Shown here one piece after another: positions 49,674 to 62,485 of a stretch of 64,000 bases of DNA. How positions within the stretch are numbered: the stretch's first letter is position 1; each line of letters starts with the position of its first letter. The DNA is from Nemertoderma westbladi (lineage: Eukaryota > Animalia > Xenacoelomorpha): assembly GCA_032718475.1 (NCBI GenBank), contig JAUCBJ010007488.1, forward strand, positions 71,131 to 135,130, given 5' to 3'. The notes below the pieces were generated by a model that made no database searches, was not told the origin of the DNA, and saw only the letters and a program-made list of their open reading frames with translations. Position numbers and translations under genes: made by a program.

Positions 49674-50212
49674 TGTGACGGGATCCAGGAGGGATCCCGA
49701 TTTATCCGATGTGGTATTTAGTCCACGCGTCCCCGCCGTGTATAAGAGTGAAATAAAGATAACTGAGTTCTGAAGTTCGGTGTATAATAATAGGTTACAG
49801 GATATAGATATATTGTGAATTATACGGTAGGCGGGATACGGTAACTAAAGTCCCGTGATCCCCTAACTAAACTAATTGGCTTTACCCTACGCTAACACTG
49901 CTGCACTGAGATAACTGAATCACTGATTAATAGGTTATTGGTTATATTGCACGGTGGCCTTACTGCTACTCAATCGATGCTATTCCCCCCCTCTGATTGG
50001 TTAATACCCTTGTTGGCGCCCCGTGGAGTATTCCCGTTCACTCCACCTGTTCTCTCTGGGTTAGGGGTTTGGCCCCTGACCCTCTATTGTGTGCTTCCTT
50101 CCCACTCTTATTGGGATGGCACGAGTTGGTTAATTGCCCAATCTCGTGGCTCCCAATATTGCTTATCGGCTTACAACTTTATGGGGTGTTGGCGGGATTG
50201 AATAAGCTAACA
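49674..50212 (-). repeat. 5' LTR of the nested element
   Basis: Direct repeat of 43360-43898. Confidence 0.95.
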
Positions 50213-53200
50213 TTTATGTTACTCACTTTACCTTGGGTAACTTGCTGCACTCTCGTTCTTTCTTCGGGTTTTCTTCGGTGCATTCTGTTAGGAGACTGAG
50301 GAGGGGTCTTGGCAACCTGTTCTCTCCTATCGTTGTTTCGAGCTTTGTATTTACTTACGTCTTTTGAGGTTTTGTCAATATAGTAAGATCGATCTGTGTC
50401 TTTCCCGCTGTCCTCTTCTTGGGAAGCTTGGCTTTCGCCGTCGTCAGTGAAACACACCGGTGTTACTCTTCTCCTAGAAGCGGGTTTCTCACTTACCTTA
50501 TTTTCCGATGTTTTCTCTCTGGACTGCTTGATGAGTTGTAGTTTTACTTCACCATCTAAGAAGGACATGAGGACAGCCATGGTAGGGCTTCGTCGTTGTT
50601 GTTCATTCATGTACAACACTTTCTTGTCCCAGCGTGTACATACTCCACCCTTTGGTAAAGTAGAGACTACGGCTCCAATAACCATGGAACTCTGATATTC
50701 ATGAGACTTACCTAACCAGTCCAATTGTCTACAGATCTCCTGAATTTCATCGGAAAACTCTATAATCCCGCTACTAAGGAAGTGTCGGGGGGCTACTAAT
50801 TTTGCATACAAATACTTAGCTATGTTATCCTTGTTACCATACCTGATGTTTAATGTATCCCAAACTTGTCTTAATCCTTCTGGATGTCCAATAAACTTTA
50901 ACGCCATTAACTTGGGAGGTCCTTCCAAGCACTTGATGAGGAACCTAAGTTTCTCTCTGTTAGATAGCACAGAGTTCTGTATGCTGTCTTTGTAATATTC
51001 GTTGAAAGGTAACCATTTCATCTCATCTCCATTGAATTTGACGATCTCTCCCACTTTGACCGCTTGGCGGGCTTCTGTTCTAGCCATCTGACACGTAAAG
51101 CTTTCTTGGGCCATCGTGTTATTTAATATCGAATTATCGGTATATAAATTTCTCAGATCATTATCAGGTCTATAGGGAATATCATTAACAACAGGTCTAT
51201 AATCACCCTTAATAGGGTTTGCTATAGGAGTTTCTACTTCACTAGCAGTATAGATGCGTGTAGGCTCCACACCTTGCGCATGTAATACTTCAGACCTAAC
51301 AGGTTGACACAATTTTACAGGGGGTATGGGTATACCCTTTTGTATGTTGACTAATTTGTCGCGTTCTAGCGCGATACTTTGCTGCACTTCTTGCAATTCT
51401 GCCCTACCTTCCCTTACGGTTCCCTTAAGTTGGTGGACAGTCTCCTGCATCTGTCCGAGCAGGAGATTCATCCCCCGTCGTCCCTCCTCTACCCACTCGA
51501 CCGCCGAAGCGGGAGTCGCCAACATTGTAGCGGGCTGACGCGGGACGACGGGAGACAAATCTTTGATTTCTCTCTCAGCTTCCAGGACAGGGATATTCTC
51601 TTGGACTGTTCTACCGGGCACAGGCAGTGTAGTACTGTGTAAAGGGAACTTAGAGTTAAGCTCTGGAAGTACAGGGGTCTCTAGCACAGAAGTGACTTTG
51701 GGAACGACAGGCCTAATTATTTCAGGCTCATCAACTATTGTAGGGAGTCTTTTGACCTGAATAATTTGTTCTGTGGGTTCTGTACTACCTAAGTCTGTGC
51801 TAGCTAGTTGTCTTCTAACAGCTGGGGGCAAATCAGGCAATTTTAGACGGTGAGATGTTTTTCTACGCCTGCTTAGACGAGATCTATTTCCTCCACCTTC
51901 AGGATCGGTGGTCTCGCCTTCCTCCGAGGATGTGTATCCTTGGCGTTTGGGAGTAGATCGACTCATCATCTGCATTCGACTATCCGTTAACTGTCTGTTT
52001 ATGTGGTCTTGCGTCTCTTGCAGATTTTCTAACTCCATTTGGGTGGCCTTTTCAGACGCTTTCCGTTCTGCTTCTGCCACTGCCTCCGCTGCTTTTCTTT
52101 CCGCTTCGGCCGCTGCTTCTGCCGTCTTTCTATCTGCTTCGGCCTCTGCCATTGCCGCTGCTACTGCTGTTTTTCTGTCTGCTTCAGCCATTGCTTCTGC
52201 CGCCTTTCTATCTGCTTCTGCTGTTGCCATTGCCGCTGTTACTGCTGCTTTTCTGTCTGCTTCAGCCATTGCTTCTGCCGCCTTTCTATCTGCTTCTGCT
52301 GTTGCCATTGCCGCTGTTACTGCTGCTGTCTTTCGGTCCTCTATCCGTTTTTTCTTTACTTGTTCTTCTTGGACTCTAGTGAGGCGGAGTTTTTCATCAA
52401 ATTCAGCTTGGTTAGCAGCTAACATTTCAGCATCGATTGAGTCTAACACACGCTGGGTTCCTTCACTATTAGGGGAAAGTCCAGACAGCCGTCTCCTCTA
52501 CTCTTCGTCTCCTAGGAATCGCTGATAGTCGGACAGATAAATGTCGATGGCGTCTCTCGTTTGTGGTCTCTCTGCGGTCTCTTCGCCTTCCACTTGAGAA
52601 AGGGTGGCATCGGTTGGTTCTTCATAGGTTAGTCTCTCAGACAGCTGGGATTTCCACTGGTCCGTTTCTTGTACTTTGAGACCTACCCGCTGGAACCAAG
52701 TTTTGACAGCAACCTGCAGCGACGTGTCCTGTCTTCTTTTGGAAGTTTCCTCAAAGGCTGATAGGATTAGTCTAATACGTAGGGTTCTTTCGCGTACTTG
52801 ATATAGCAGCCCTTCCTGCTCTTGAGGTCCTTGGGGTTGTCGAAACAGTTGTTCTTCCAATCGCTCCAAGGAGCCGAAGAATCCCTGCACATATCCTGCT
52901 GCCGACCTCTTCCAAACAGCTGGATCCATTGTATCTTTAGTCACTCCCATCCTGTGTATATCTTCCCAAGTAGCTTCGGACAAATCTAACGGGAGTCCGG
53001 GTCCGGGAAAGTTCCATTGTGACTCGACAATAGACATCAATTCTTCCCTGGCGTATCCCGCATAATTATCTTGGGTCGCTCTCATACTTCTTGCCCAATC
53101 GGCTTGATGTTCTTCCACCGCAATCAATATAGTAGTTAGTACTGCGGCAGGAAGGGTGAGAAGGGGGTCCGAGTAGGCTGTAACCGCCATCAGCAATCCG

Positions 53201-53508
53201 CGTTCGGGGGTCAGCTCTACAGTATCCGAACTACTGGAGCTATCTGATTGCTGGGAACAAGTTTCTTGACTAGGATGTTGCTGCTGTTGGACAGCTGCTT
53301 CCTGGTTCCGTTTGACTTGGGCCCGAGTGCCGATGATAGACCTACGGTGTTGGATTAGCTTAGGGTCTGACACTACTACTGGAGGGATGACCTTTCTTTC
53401 AGTAGGAGGTGAGCTGAACTCCTTTCTTAATCGCTCCACACTCCTATCTGTGTCACAGATGGTTGTATCGATTAGACTGTCTGACAGGTTTTGCTGGGTG
53501 TCAGACAT
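50213..53508 (-). pseudogene. gag: Host BEL/Pao gag (N-terminal region, Ala/Glu coiled-coil repeats, capsid-like DUF1759-type domain)
   Basis: The ATG is at 53508. ORFs 52498-53508 and 50179-52449 share one frame and are separated by a single TAG. IVKFNGDEMKWLPF...LSNREKLRFLIKCLEGPPK...WDTLNIRYG is typical of BEL/Pao Gag. Confidence 0.9.
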
Positions 53509-53579
53509 GTTTAGCTATACAGTTGAATGCTTACTGCTATAGTCACAGTTAAAGCAAGTCTAGTAATTCAGTATGACCG

Positions 53580-55670
53580 TTGGCCTAGTACCGGTAATTT
53601 ATTGCAGTATATGAGAATACCGGTATACACTTATAGTATATATAAGTATTGTAAACTAGGTTTGTCACAGAGTACCGGTATATAATTTTAGCACAAATAT
53701 ATATAAATATATAATAAGCCTATCGTGAATACCGGTATGCAGCTTACACTTATAATATATATAAGTATAATTATGAACTAGAATTAATCACAGAATACCG
53801 GTATGATTTCAGTACAAATTTATAGAAATAAATATAATAAGCCTATGGTAAATACCGGTATGTCAATTTTTTTTAGAATAATTGAATTTCTGAATATTTT
53901 AGGGTTACTTGGTTACTTTAACTTACTTTATTACCGTTATTTAAGCAGTAGTCCAACTGATATTGAGACCTAGTTGTTGTATGACAGGCCTACTGTTTAT
54001 AAATCGTTTGAGTTGATTTATAATAGATATATACCCGTTTAAAATGGGTTTTGTCAATATTTGAAATAAATGTTATTATTTCTGGGGGTTCACTACACAG
54101 AAGCTGTGCGCTCTCAGTGAAGTGCTATTTATTGGACACTAAAACAGATAATTCTAATTTACCTAAGTTACTTAATACTACAAATTACTTACGATATGGG
54201 TGAGATTAAATCTCTAATTAAACACAACAAAAATATTACGTACGAAATTTTTAGGGTAATTTTACAGGAAGTCTACAAACCAGCCTAACAAAGGGTTAGA
54301 ATTCTGGTTATTACAACGGACAGGGTACTACGGTATTTGAAAATAATAAGTAGTAGTAAATATATTGCACTGTCCAGATAGGAAAATACCACCGCCTGAC
54401 GACCTATAACCGTATCGCTATAGGTACTACGTTATGTATCACGGAGTGTTCCTACCTAGAAGTTAATTACCGCGGACTACCAGATCCAGCGTGCCTATTA
54501 ACCACTTTACAACACAAATATCTGCCTACACACTAATTACTTTCGGAAAGCACTGTACACTAAACCCTAAATTAGGTACAAGTACTGGTACAACAAATAA
54601 TCAGTAGTTAAATATACTTGAACAGTTAAAAGAACCACGGCATCTGCTGGAGTGACCGAAGCACAAAGTCACCAGTCTTTTCCTACGCCAAGCAGCCCGT
54701 GTAGTACCGGGGTTAATTTAACTATAACGGTATGTATAACAAGCACAATTACTGTAGGAATAAACTTGGGGACATGAATGTTGCGAATAATCGCATAAAC
54801 TCTGAATAATAAATATTACGCTACCCGTACAGAATACTCAAACAAATACAAACCAAAACGCTGGCAGACTACCACCAAGCCTAAATAAACTACCGTACGT
54901 GCAGATTCCGAAATGGTTAGTTAGTATGCGTTCTAACACGGTAGTACGACTTATTCTTTAGGAGGGGGTTGACCTTACACTCAAGTTGCCCCAACTTACT
55001 AACTGGCACTTTATCAGACAAACTCTACACACGCAGCAATCTCTTCAGACCTAATAATAGCTAGACAAAAATCCAGCCTACAAAATATCTGAGTAATAAC
55101 TATTACGGTACCTGAACAGACCACACAAACAAACACAGGCCAAAACTCTGGCAGACTACTGTCAAGCCTAAATAAACTACAGTATATGCAGATTCCGAAA
55201 TGGTTAGTTAGTATGTGTTCTAACACGGTAGTACGACTTATTCTTTAAGAGGGGATTGACCTTACAGCTATGGCTGCCCCAACTTACTAACTGGCACTTT
55301 ATCAGACAAAATCTCTCCAAACCCAACAACAATCCGACAACAGTCCGGCCTACAGTTATCTGAACAATCTGAGCAGACTTACACGTCTTCAGCTCAATAT
55401 TAACTTACTAGGAAATAAAACTGACAGAAATAGACCTAAGTAAAAATCCCAATAAAAACCAGGCGTCCCCGATTTAATATCGAGACCTACCGGTATACAA
55501 TAATCAAAATCGAATAATACTAATGTACTTATACTGGAAGTACCGGTTAGGACAGTTGGGCCTACAGACCTACAGAAGTACCGGTTCTGGCAGTTGGACC
55601 TACGGACCTACAGCAGTACCGGTTCTGGCAGTTGGGCCTACTGACCTACAGAAGTACCGGTTCAGGTTTA
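53580..55670. repeat. Internal direct repeats in the long 5' leader of the host element
   Basis: Repeated GAATACCGGTAT units (53580-53860), a ~170-bp duplication (54854-55022 and 55141-55310), and ~39-bp AGTACCGGTT..CAGTTGG units (55538-55665). Confidence 0.75.
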
Positions 55671-55728
55671 TCGGTCGACCGGTACTTTCAACTTTATTGT
55701 TTACTGCAATAAAGTCAATAACTGTTAT

Positions 55729-57003
55729 TGTACGCGCTTTTGAAGACCTTTAGCAGTTTAACCTGCCAAAATTTATATGTCTTTTGGTTTATAAATATAC
55801 TTTAGAAGTTGACAAATATTTAATACCAATAAACACATCATTAGCAGAAGCCAGCCTAGTGCGCGTCCATTCACCCGCTGGATATACCCGGGGGGCTGGA
55901 TTCTGAGGGCTTAGATTATTATTGCAGTGTAAGCTTACTGTATTATTCGATTGATCGTTAATAAATAATTTCTGACTAATATTATTCACTTTCGGGAAAT
56001 ATTAACAGTTCCTTTAGGACGTGGCGCTCTATCTAGATAAACAGAGATATGATTTATACTAATCACAACGCGGTAAGTCGGTAAGGCTTATAATTCACGT
56101 ATGAGGCGCATTCTTTAGGAAATGCTTAGTTATCAGTCACAATCATGCACACTACCGGTAACACACAATACTGCTCACTAATTTGCCGACCGTCAATGAA
56201 TTTTATCATATATAAAGAGAACAGCAACGGATTCATGTAGTGCTTATCAAATAGCATTAAATTCACTACAAACCACAATAATATAAGTCGCAATTGCTAT
56301 ATATATAACCCGTCTCTCTAACCTGTAGTGTATCAAGAAAATTGGGAAATTTGGGTTCTTTATAAATGTTCTCCAAATAATAATATTCAACCAAAACACA
56401 ACAGTAAATAGCATTAAGACGGTAGGTTAAGATGGTAACACTGTTTGACTGGACCGATATGTGATATGATATGTTAAGAACTGATTGCACTGATAACAGT
56501 TATACGCTCTATAATTTAAGCCTACTAATGTTTCTTCTAAAGTATGAAAACGAGTTGACTCTAGAGCCGGTGTTTCTGGCCTAGATACAAACAACACAAC
56601 AGTATCAAGAAAAACAGTAAGACTGAACACTCCCAGTATGATCGGCCGAAAAGCTCCACATCGACAGAAAAAATCGCTCTGATTGGCTTAAGCTAAACAA
56701 AGAACTACGTGTCCAATGGCTGTTCCCATGTCAGCAACCAGCTGTTAGATGTCGTAATCTGAATTATCACGGCTAAGCTGTGTAAATGTATTTGGTGCAT
56801 TGCGGGTTTTTTGCCTTACCATGTCCTCCAAAGCACGTATATAGAAGAATGACTTTTATGTCCGTTAAAACACCTATAACGGTACCTTGCGGGCGAGGGG
56901 AATATATATATAGTTAGAGAGCCTTTTAGAGTATTCCAGCGCCTGGGGGGAAACTGGATTGCGAAGCAAAAGGGGCCAGTTATATCCCACAGAAGCTTTT
57001 ACA
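55729..57003 (-). repeat. LTR type A (5' LTR), complete, 1275 bp
   Basis: TGTACGCGCTTTTGAAGACC...AAGCTTTTACA followed by the TSD TAGCT. Confidence 0.93.
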
Positions 57004-57008
57004 TAGCT

Positions 57009-57200
57009 TCTCGAAAGCCACACGGAAATTCTACTTGGAAAATTTCTAAACTTTTGCCAAACAACATGTGTACCAAGTTTGGATAGATTTCATCAAAGAT
57101 TGGCCGAGTTATTAACGTTTAAAATTGAACACGACAGAACGACAGAACGACAGAACGACAGGTTGATTAATGGTACCACTACGCTAAGGCTCACTCACTT
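57009..57200. mobile_element. Helentron/DINE-like non-autonomous element fragment (target of the BEL insertion)
   Basis: It continues the sequence left of 23621. It contains CATGTGTACCAAGTTTGG...GAGTTATT followed by a (CGACAGAA)n microsatellite, an arrangement typical of these elements. The family call rests on recalled pattern only. Confidence 0.4.
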
Positions 57201-57203
57201 CGA

Positions 57204-60200
57204 TTAATATTGCCTGTGTCGCTGTGTACCACATTAATAATACATTATTGCTGTGTACCTTATTAATATTGCCTGTGTCGCTGTATACCACATTAATATT
57301 GCCTGTGTCGCTGTGTACCACTTTAATATTGCCTGTTTTGCTGTGTACCACATTAATATTACCTGTGTCGCTGTGTATCACATTAATAATGCCTGTGTTG
57401 CTGTGTACCATATTAATATTGCCTGTGTCGCCGTGTACCATGTTAATATTGCCTGTTTTTCTGTGTACCACATTAATATTGCCTGTGTTGCTGTGTACCA
57501 CATTAATATTGCCTGTGTCGTTGTGTACCACATTAATATTGCCTGTTTTGCTGTGTACCATATTAATATTGCCTGTGTTGCTGTGTACCACATTAATATT
57601 GCCTGTGTCGCTGTGTACCACATTAAAATTGCCTGTGTCGCTGTGTACCACATTAATATTGCCTGTTTTGCTGTGTACCACATTAATATTGCCTGTGTTG
57701 CTGTGTACCACATTATTATTGCCTGTGTTGCTGTGTACCACATTAATATTGCCTGTGTTGCTGTGTACCACATTATTATTGCCTGTGTTGCTGTGTACCA
57801 CATTAATATTGCCTGTGTTGCTGTGTACCACATTATTATTGCCTGTTTTGCTGTGTACCATATTAATATTGCCTGTGTTGCTGTGTACCACATTAATATT
57901 GCCTGTGTCGCTGTGTACCACATTAAAATTGCCTGTTTTGCTGTGTACCACATTAATATTTCCTGTGTTGCTGTGTACCACATTATTATTGCCTGTTTTG
58001 CTGTGTACCACATTATTATTGCCTGTGTTGCTGTGTACCACATTAATATTGCCTGTGTTGCTGTGTACCACATTAATATTGCCTGTGTTGCTGTGTACCA
58101 CATTATTATTGCCTGTTTTGCTGTGTACCACATTAATATTGCCTGTGTTGCTGTGTACCACATTATTATTGCCTGTGTTGCTGTATACCACATTAATATT
58201 GCCTGTTTTGCTGTGTAAACATTTATATTGCCTGTGTTGCTGTGTTCCAAATTAATTGCCTGTGTCGCTGTGTACTACATAAATATTGCCTGTTTTGCTG
58301 TGTACCATATTAATATTGCCTGTGTTGCTGTGTACCACATTAATATTGCCTGTGTCGCTGTGTACCACATTAATATTGCCTGTGTCGCTGTGTACCACAT
58401 TAATATTGTCTTTTTTGCTGTGTACCACATTCATATTGCCTGTGTCGCCGTGTACCATGTTAATATTGCCTGTTTTGCTGTGTACCACATTAATATTGCC
58501 TGTGTCGCTGTGTACCACATTAATATTGCCTGTTTTGCTGGGTAACACATTAATATTGCCTGTGTCGCTGTGTACCAAATTAATATTGCCTGTTTTGCTG
58601 TGTACCATATTAATATTGCCTGTGTTGCTGTGTACCACATTAATAATACATTATTGCTGTGTACCTTATTAATATTTTATGTGTCGCTGTATACCACATT
58701 AATATTGCCAGTGTCGCTGTGTACCACTTTAATATTGCCTGTTTTGCTGTGTACCACATTAATATTACCTGTGTCGCTGTGTATCACATTAATAATGCCT
58801 GTGTTGCTGTGTACCATATTAATATTGCCTGTGTCGCCGTGTACCATGTTAATATTGCCTGTTTTGCTGTGTACCACATTAATATTGCCTGTGTTGCTGT
58901 GTACCACATTAATATTGCCTGTGTCGCTGTGTACCACATTAATATTGCCTGTTTTGCTGGGTAACACATTAATATTGCCTGTGTTGCTGAGTACCACATT
59001 AATATTGCCTGTGTCGTGGTGTACCAAATTAATATTGCCTGTTTTGCTGTGTACCATATTAATATTGCCTGTGTTGCTGTGTACCACATTAATATTGCTT
59101 GTGTCGCTGTGTACCACATTAAAATTGCCTGTGTCGCTGTGTACCACATTAATATTGCCTGTTTTGCTGTGTACCACATTAATATTGCCTGTGTTGCTGT
59201 GTACCACATTATTATTGCCTGTTTTGCTGTGTACCACATTAATATTGCCTGTTTTGCTGTGTAAAACATTTATATTGCCTGTGTTGCTGTGTACCAAATT
59301 AATTGCCTGTGTCGCTGTGTACTACATAAATATTGCCTGTTTTGCTGTGTACCATATTAATATTGCCTGTGTTGCTGTGTACCACATTAATATTGCCTGT
59401 GTCGCTGTGTACCACATTAATATTGCCTGTGTCGCTGTGTACCACATTAATATTGCCTGTTTTGCTGTGTACCACATTCATATTGCCTGTGTTGCTGTGT
59501 ACCACATTAATATTGCCTGTTTTGCTGTGTACCACATTAATATTGCCTGTGTCGCTGTGTACCACATTAATATTGCCTGTTTTGCTGCGTACCACATTAA
59601 TATTGCCTGTTTTGCTGTGTACCACATTAATATTTTCTGTGTCGCTGTGTACCACTTTAATATTACCTGTGTCGCAGTGTACCACATTAATATTGCCTGT
59701 TTTGCTGTGTACCACATTAATATTGCCTGTGTCGCTGTCAACCGCATTAATATTGCCTGTTTTACTGTCTACCACATTAATATTGCCTGTGTTGCTGTGT
59801 ACCACATTAATATTGCCTGTTTTGCTGTGTACCACATTAATATTACCTGTGTCGCTGTGTACCACATTAATATTGCCTGTGTCGCTGTGTACCACATTAA
59901 TATTGCCTGTTTTGCTGTGTACCACATTAATATTGCCTGTGTCGCTGTGTACCACATTAATATTGCCTGTTTTGCTGTGTACCACATTAATATTGCCTGT
60001 TTTGCTGCGTACCACATTAATATTGCCTGTTTGGCTGTGTACCACATTAATATTACCTGTGTCGCTGTGTACCACATTAATATTGCCTGTGTCGCTGTGT
60101 ACCACATTAATATTGCCTGTTTTGCTGTGTACCACATTAATATTGCCTGTGTCGCTGTGAACAGCATTAATATTGCCTGTTTTACTGTCTACCACATTAA

Positions 60201-62485
60201 TATTGCCTGTGTTGCTGTGTACCACATTAATATTGCCTGTTTTGCTGTGTACCACATTAATATTGCCTGTGTCGCTGTGTACCACATTAATATTGCCTGT
60301 GTTGCTGTGTACCACATTAATATTGCCTGTTTTGCTGTGTACCACATTAATATTTCTGTGTTGCTGTGTACCACATTAATATTGCCTGTGTCGCTGTGAA
60401 CCGCATTAATATTGCCTGTTTTACTGTGTACCACATTAATATTGCCTGTTTTGCTGTGTACCACATTAATATTGCCTGTGTCGCTGTGTACCACATTAAT
60501 ATTGCCTGTTTTGCTGTGTACCACATTAATATTGCCTGTGTCGCTGTGAACAGCATTAATATTGCCTGTTTTACTGTCTACCACATTAATATTGCCTGTG
60601 TTGCTGTGTACCACATTAATATTGCCTGTTTTACTGTGTACCACATTAATATGGCCTGTGTTGCTGTGTACCACATTAATATTGCCTGTGTCGCTGTGTA
60701 CCACATTTATATTGCCTGTGTCGCTGTGTACCACATTAATATTGCCTGTGTTGCTGTGTACCACATTAATATTGCCTGTGTCGCTGTGTACCACATTAAT
60801 ATTGCCTGTGTCGCTGTGTACCACATTAATATTGCCTGTGTCGCTGTGTACCATATTAATATTGCCTGTTTTGCTGTGTACCACATTAATATTGCCTGTG
60901 TCGCTGTGTACCACATTAATATTGCCTGTGTTGCTGTGTACCACATTAATATTGCCTGTTTTGCTGTGTACCACATTAATATTACCTGTGTCGCTGTGTA
61001 CCACATTAATATTGCCTGTGTCGCTGTGAACCGCATTAATATTGCCTGTTTTGCTGTGTACCACATTAATATTACCAGTGTTGCTGTGTACCACATTAAT
61101 ATTGCCTGTGTTGCTGTGTACCACATTAATATTGCCTGTGTTGCTGTGTACCACATTAATATTGCCTGTGTTGCTGTGTACCACATTAATATTGCCTGTG
61201 TTGCTGTATACCACATTAATATTGCCTGTTTTACTGTGTACCACATTAATATTTCTGTGTTGCTGTGTACCACATTAATATTGCCTGTGTCGCTGTGAAC
61301 CGCATTAATATTGCCTGTTTTGCTGTGTACCACATTAATATTGCCTGTGTTGCTGTGTACCACATTAATATTGCCTGTGTTGCTGTATACCACATTAATA
61401 TTGCCTGTTTTGCTGTGTACCACATTAATATTTCTGTGTTGCTGTGTACCACATTAATATTACCTGTGTTGCTGTGTATCACATTAATAATGCCTGTGTT
61501 GCTGTGTACCATATTAATATTGCCTGTGTCGCCGTGTACCATGTTAATATTGCCTGTTTTGCTGTGTACCACATTAATATTGCCTGTGTTGCTGTGTACC
61601 ACATTAATATTGCCTGTGTCGCTGTGTACCACATTAATATTGCCTGTTTTGCTGGGTAACACATTAATATTGCCTGTGTTGCTGAGTACCACATTAATAT
61701 TGCCTGTGTCGCTGTGTACCAAATTAATATTGCCTGTTTTGCTGTGTACCATATTAATATTGCCTGTGTTGCTGTGTACCACATTAATATTGCCTGTGTC
61801 GCTGTGTACCACATTAAAATTGCCTGTGTCGCTGTGTACCACATTAATATTGCCTGTTTTGCTGTGTACCACATTAATATTGCCTGTGTTGCTGTGTACC
61901 ACATTATTATTGCCTGTTTTGCTGTGTACCACATTAATATTGCCTGTTTTGCTGTGTAAAACATTTATATTGCCTGTGTTGCTGTGTACCAAATTAATTG
62001 CCTGTGTCGCTGTGTACTACATAAATATTGCCTGTGTTGCTGTGTACCATATTAATATTGCCTGTTTTGCTGTGTACCACATTAATATTACCTGTGTCGC
62101 TGTGTACCACATTAATATTGCCTGTATCGCTGTGTACCACATTAATATTGCCTGTTTTGCTGTGTACCACATTAATATTGCCTGTGTCGCTGTGTACCAC
62201 ATTAATATTGCCTGTTTTGCTGTGTACCACATTAATATTGCCTGTTTTGCTGCGTACCACATTAATATTGCCTGTTTTGCTGTGTACCACATTAATATTA
62301 CCTGTGTCGCTGTGTACCACATTAATATTGCCTGTGTCGCTGTGTACCACATTAATATTGCCTGTTTTGCTGTGTACCACATTAATATTGCCTGTGTCGC
62401 TGTGAACAGCATTAATATTGCCTGTTTTACTGTCTACCACATTAATATTGCCTGTGTTGCTGTGTACCACATTAATATTGCCTGT
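57204..62485. repeat. 30-bp satellite, about 175 copies
   Basis: Unit ATTAATATTGCCTGTGTCGCTGTGTACCAC with GTC/GTT/TTT variants and occasional 27-29-bp units. Confidence 0.97.

Larger units (their letters stand above)
43360..50212 (-). mobile_element. Nested non-autonomous LTR element (gag-like ORFs only, no pol)
   Basis: Two 539-bp LTRs (TGTGACG...GCTAACA), TSD TTTAT at 43355-43359 and 50213-50217, and a minus-strand PPT GGGGGGGAG at 43899-43907. Confidence 0.95.
23621..57003 (-). mobile_element. Composite BEL/Pao LTR retrotransposon, 33.4 kb
   Basis: TG...CA ends, TSD TAGCT at 23616-23620 and 57004-57008, near-identical outer LTRs, and BEL/Pao gag-pol inside. Confidence 0.9.

Noticed and set aside
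32509-57003. Simple element bounded by the LTRs at 32509 and 55729
   Set aside because: The LTRs are diverged and the flanks (CCTAT vs TAGCT) do not match; the TSD pairs 23621 with 57003.
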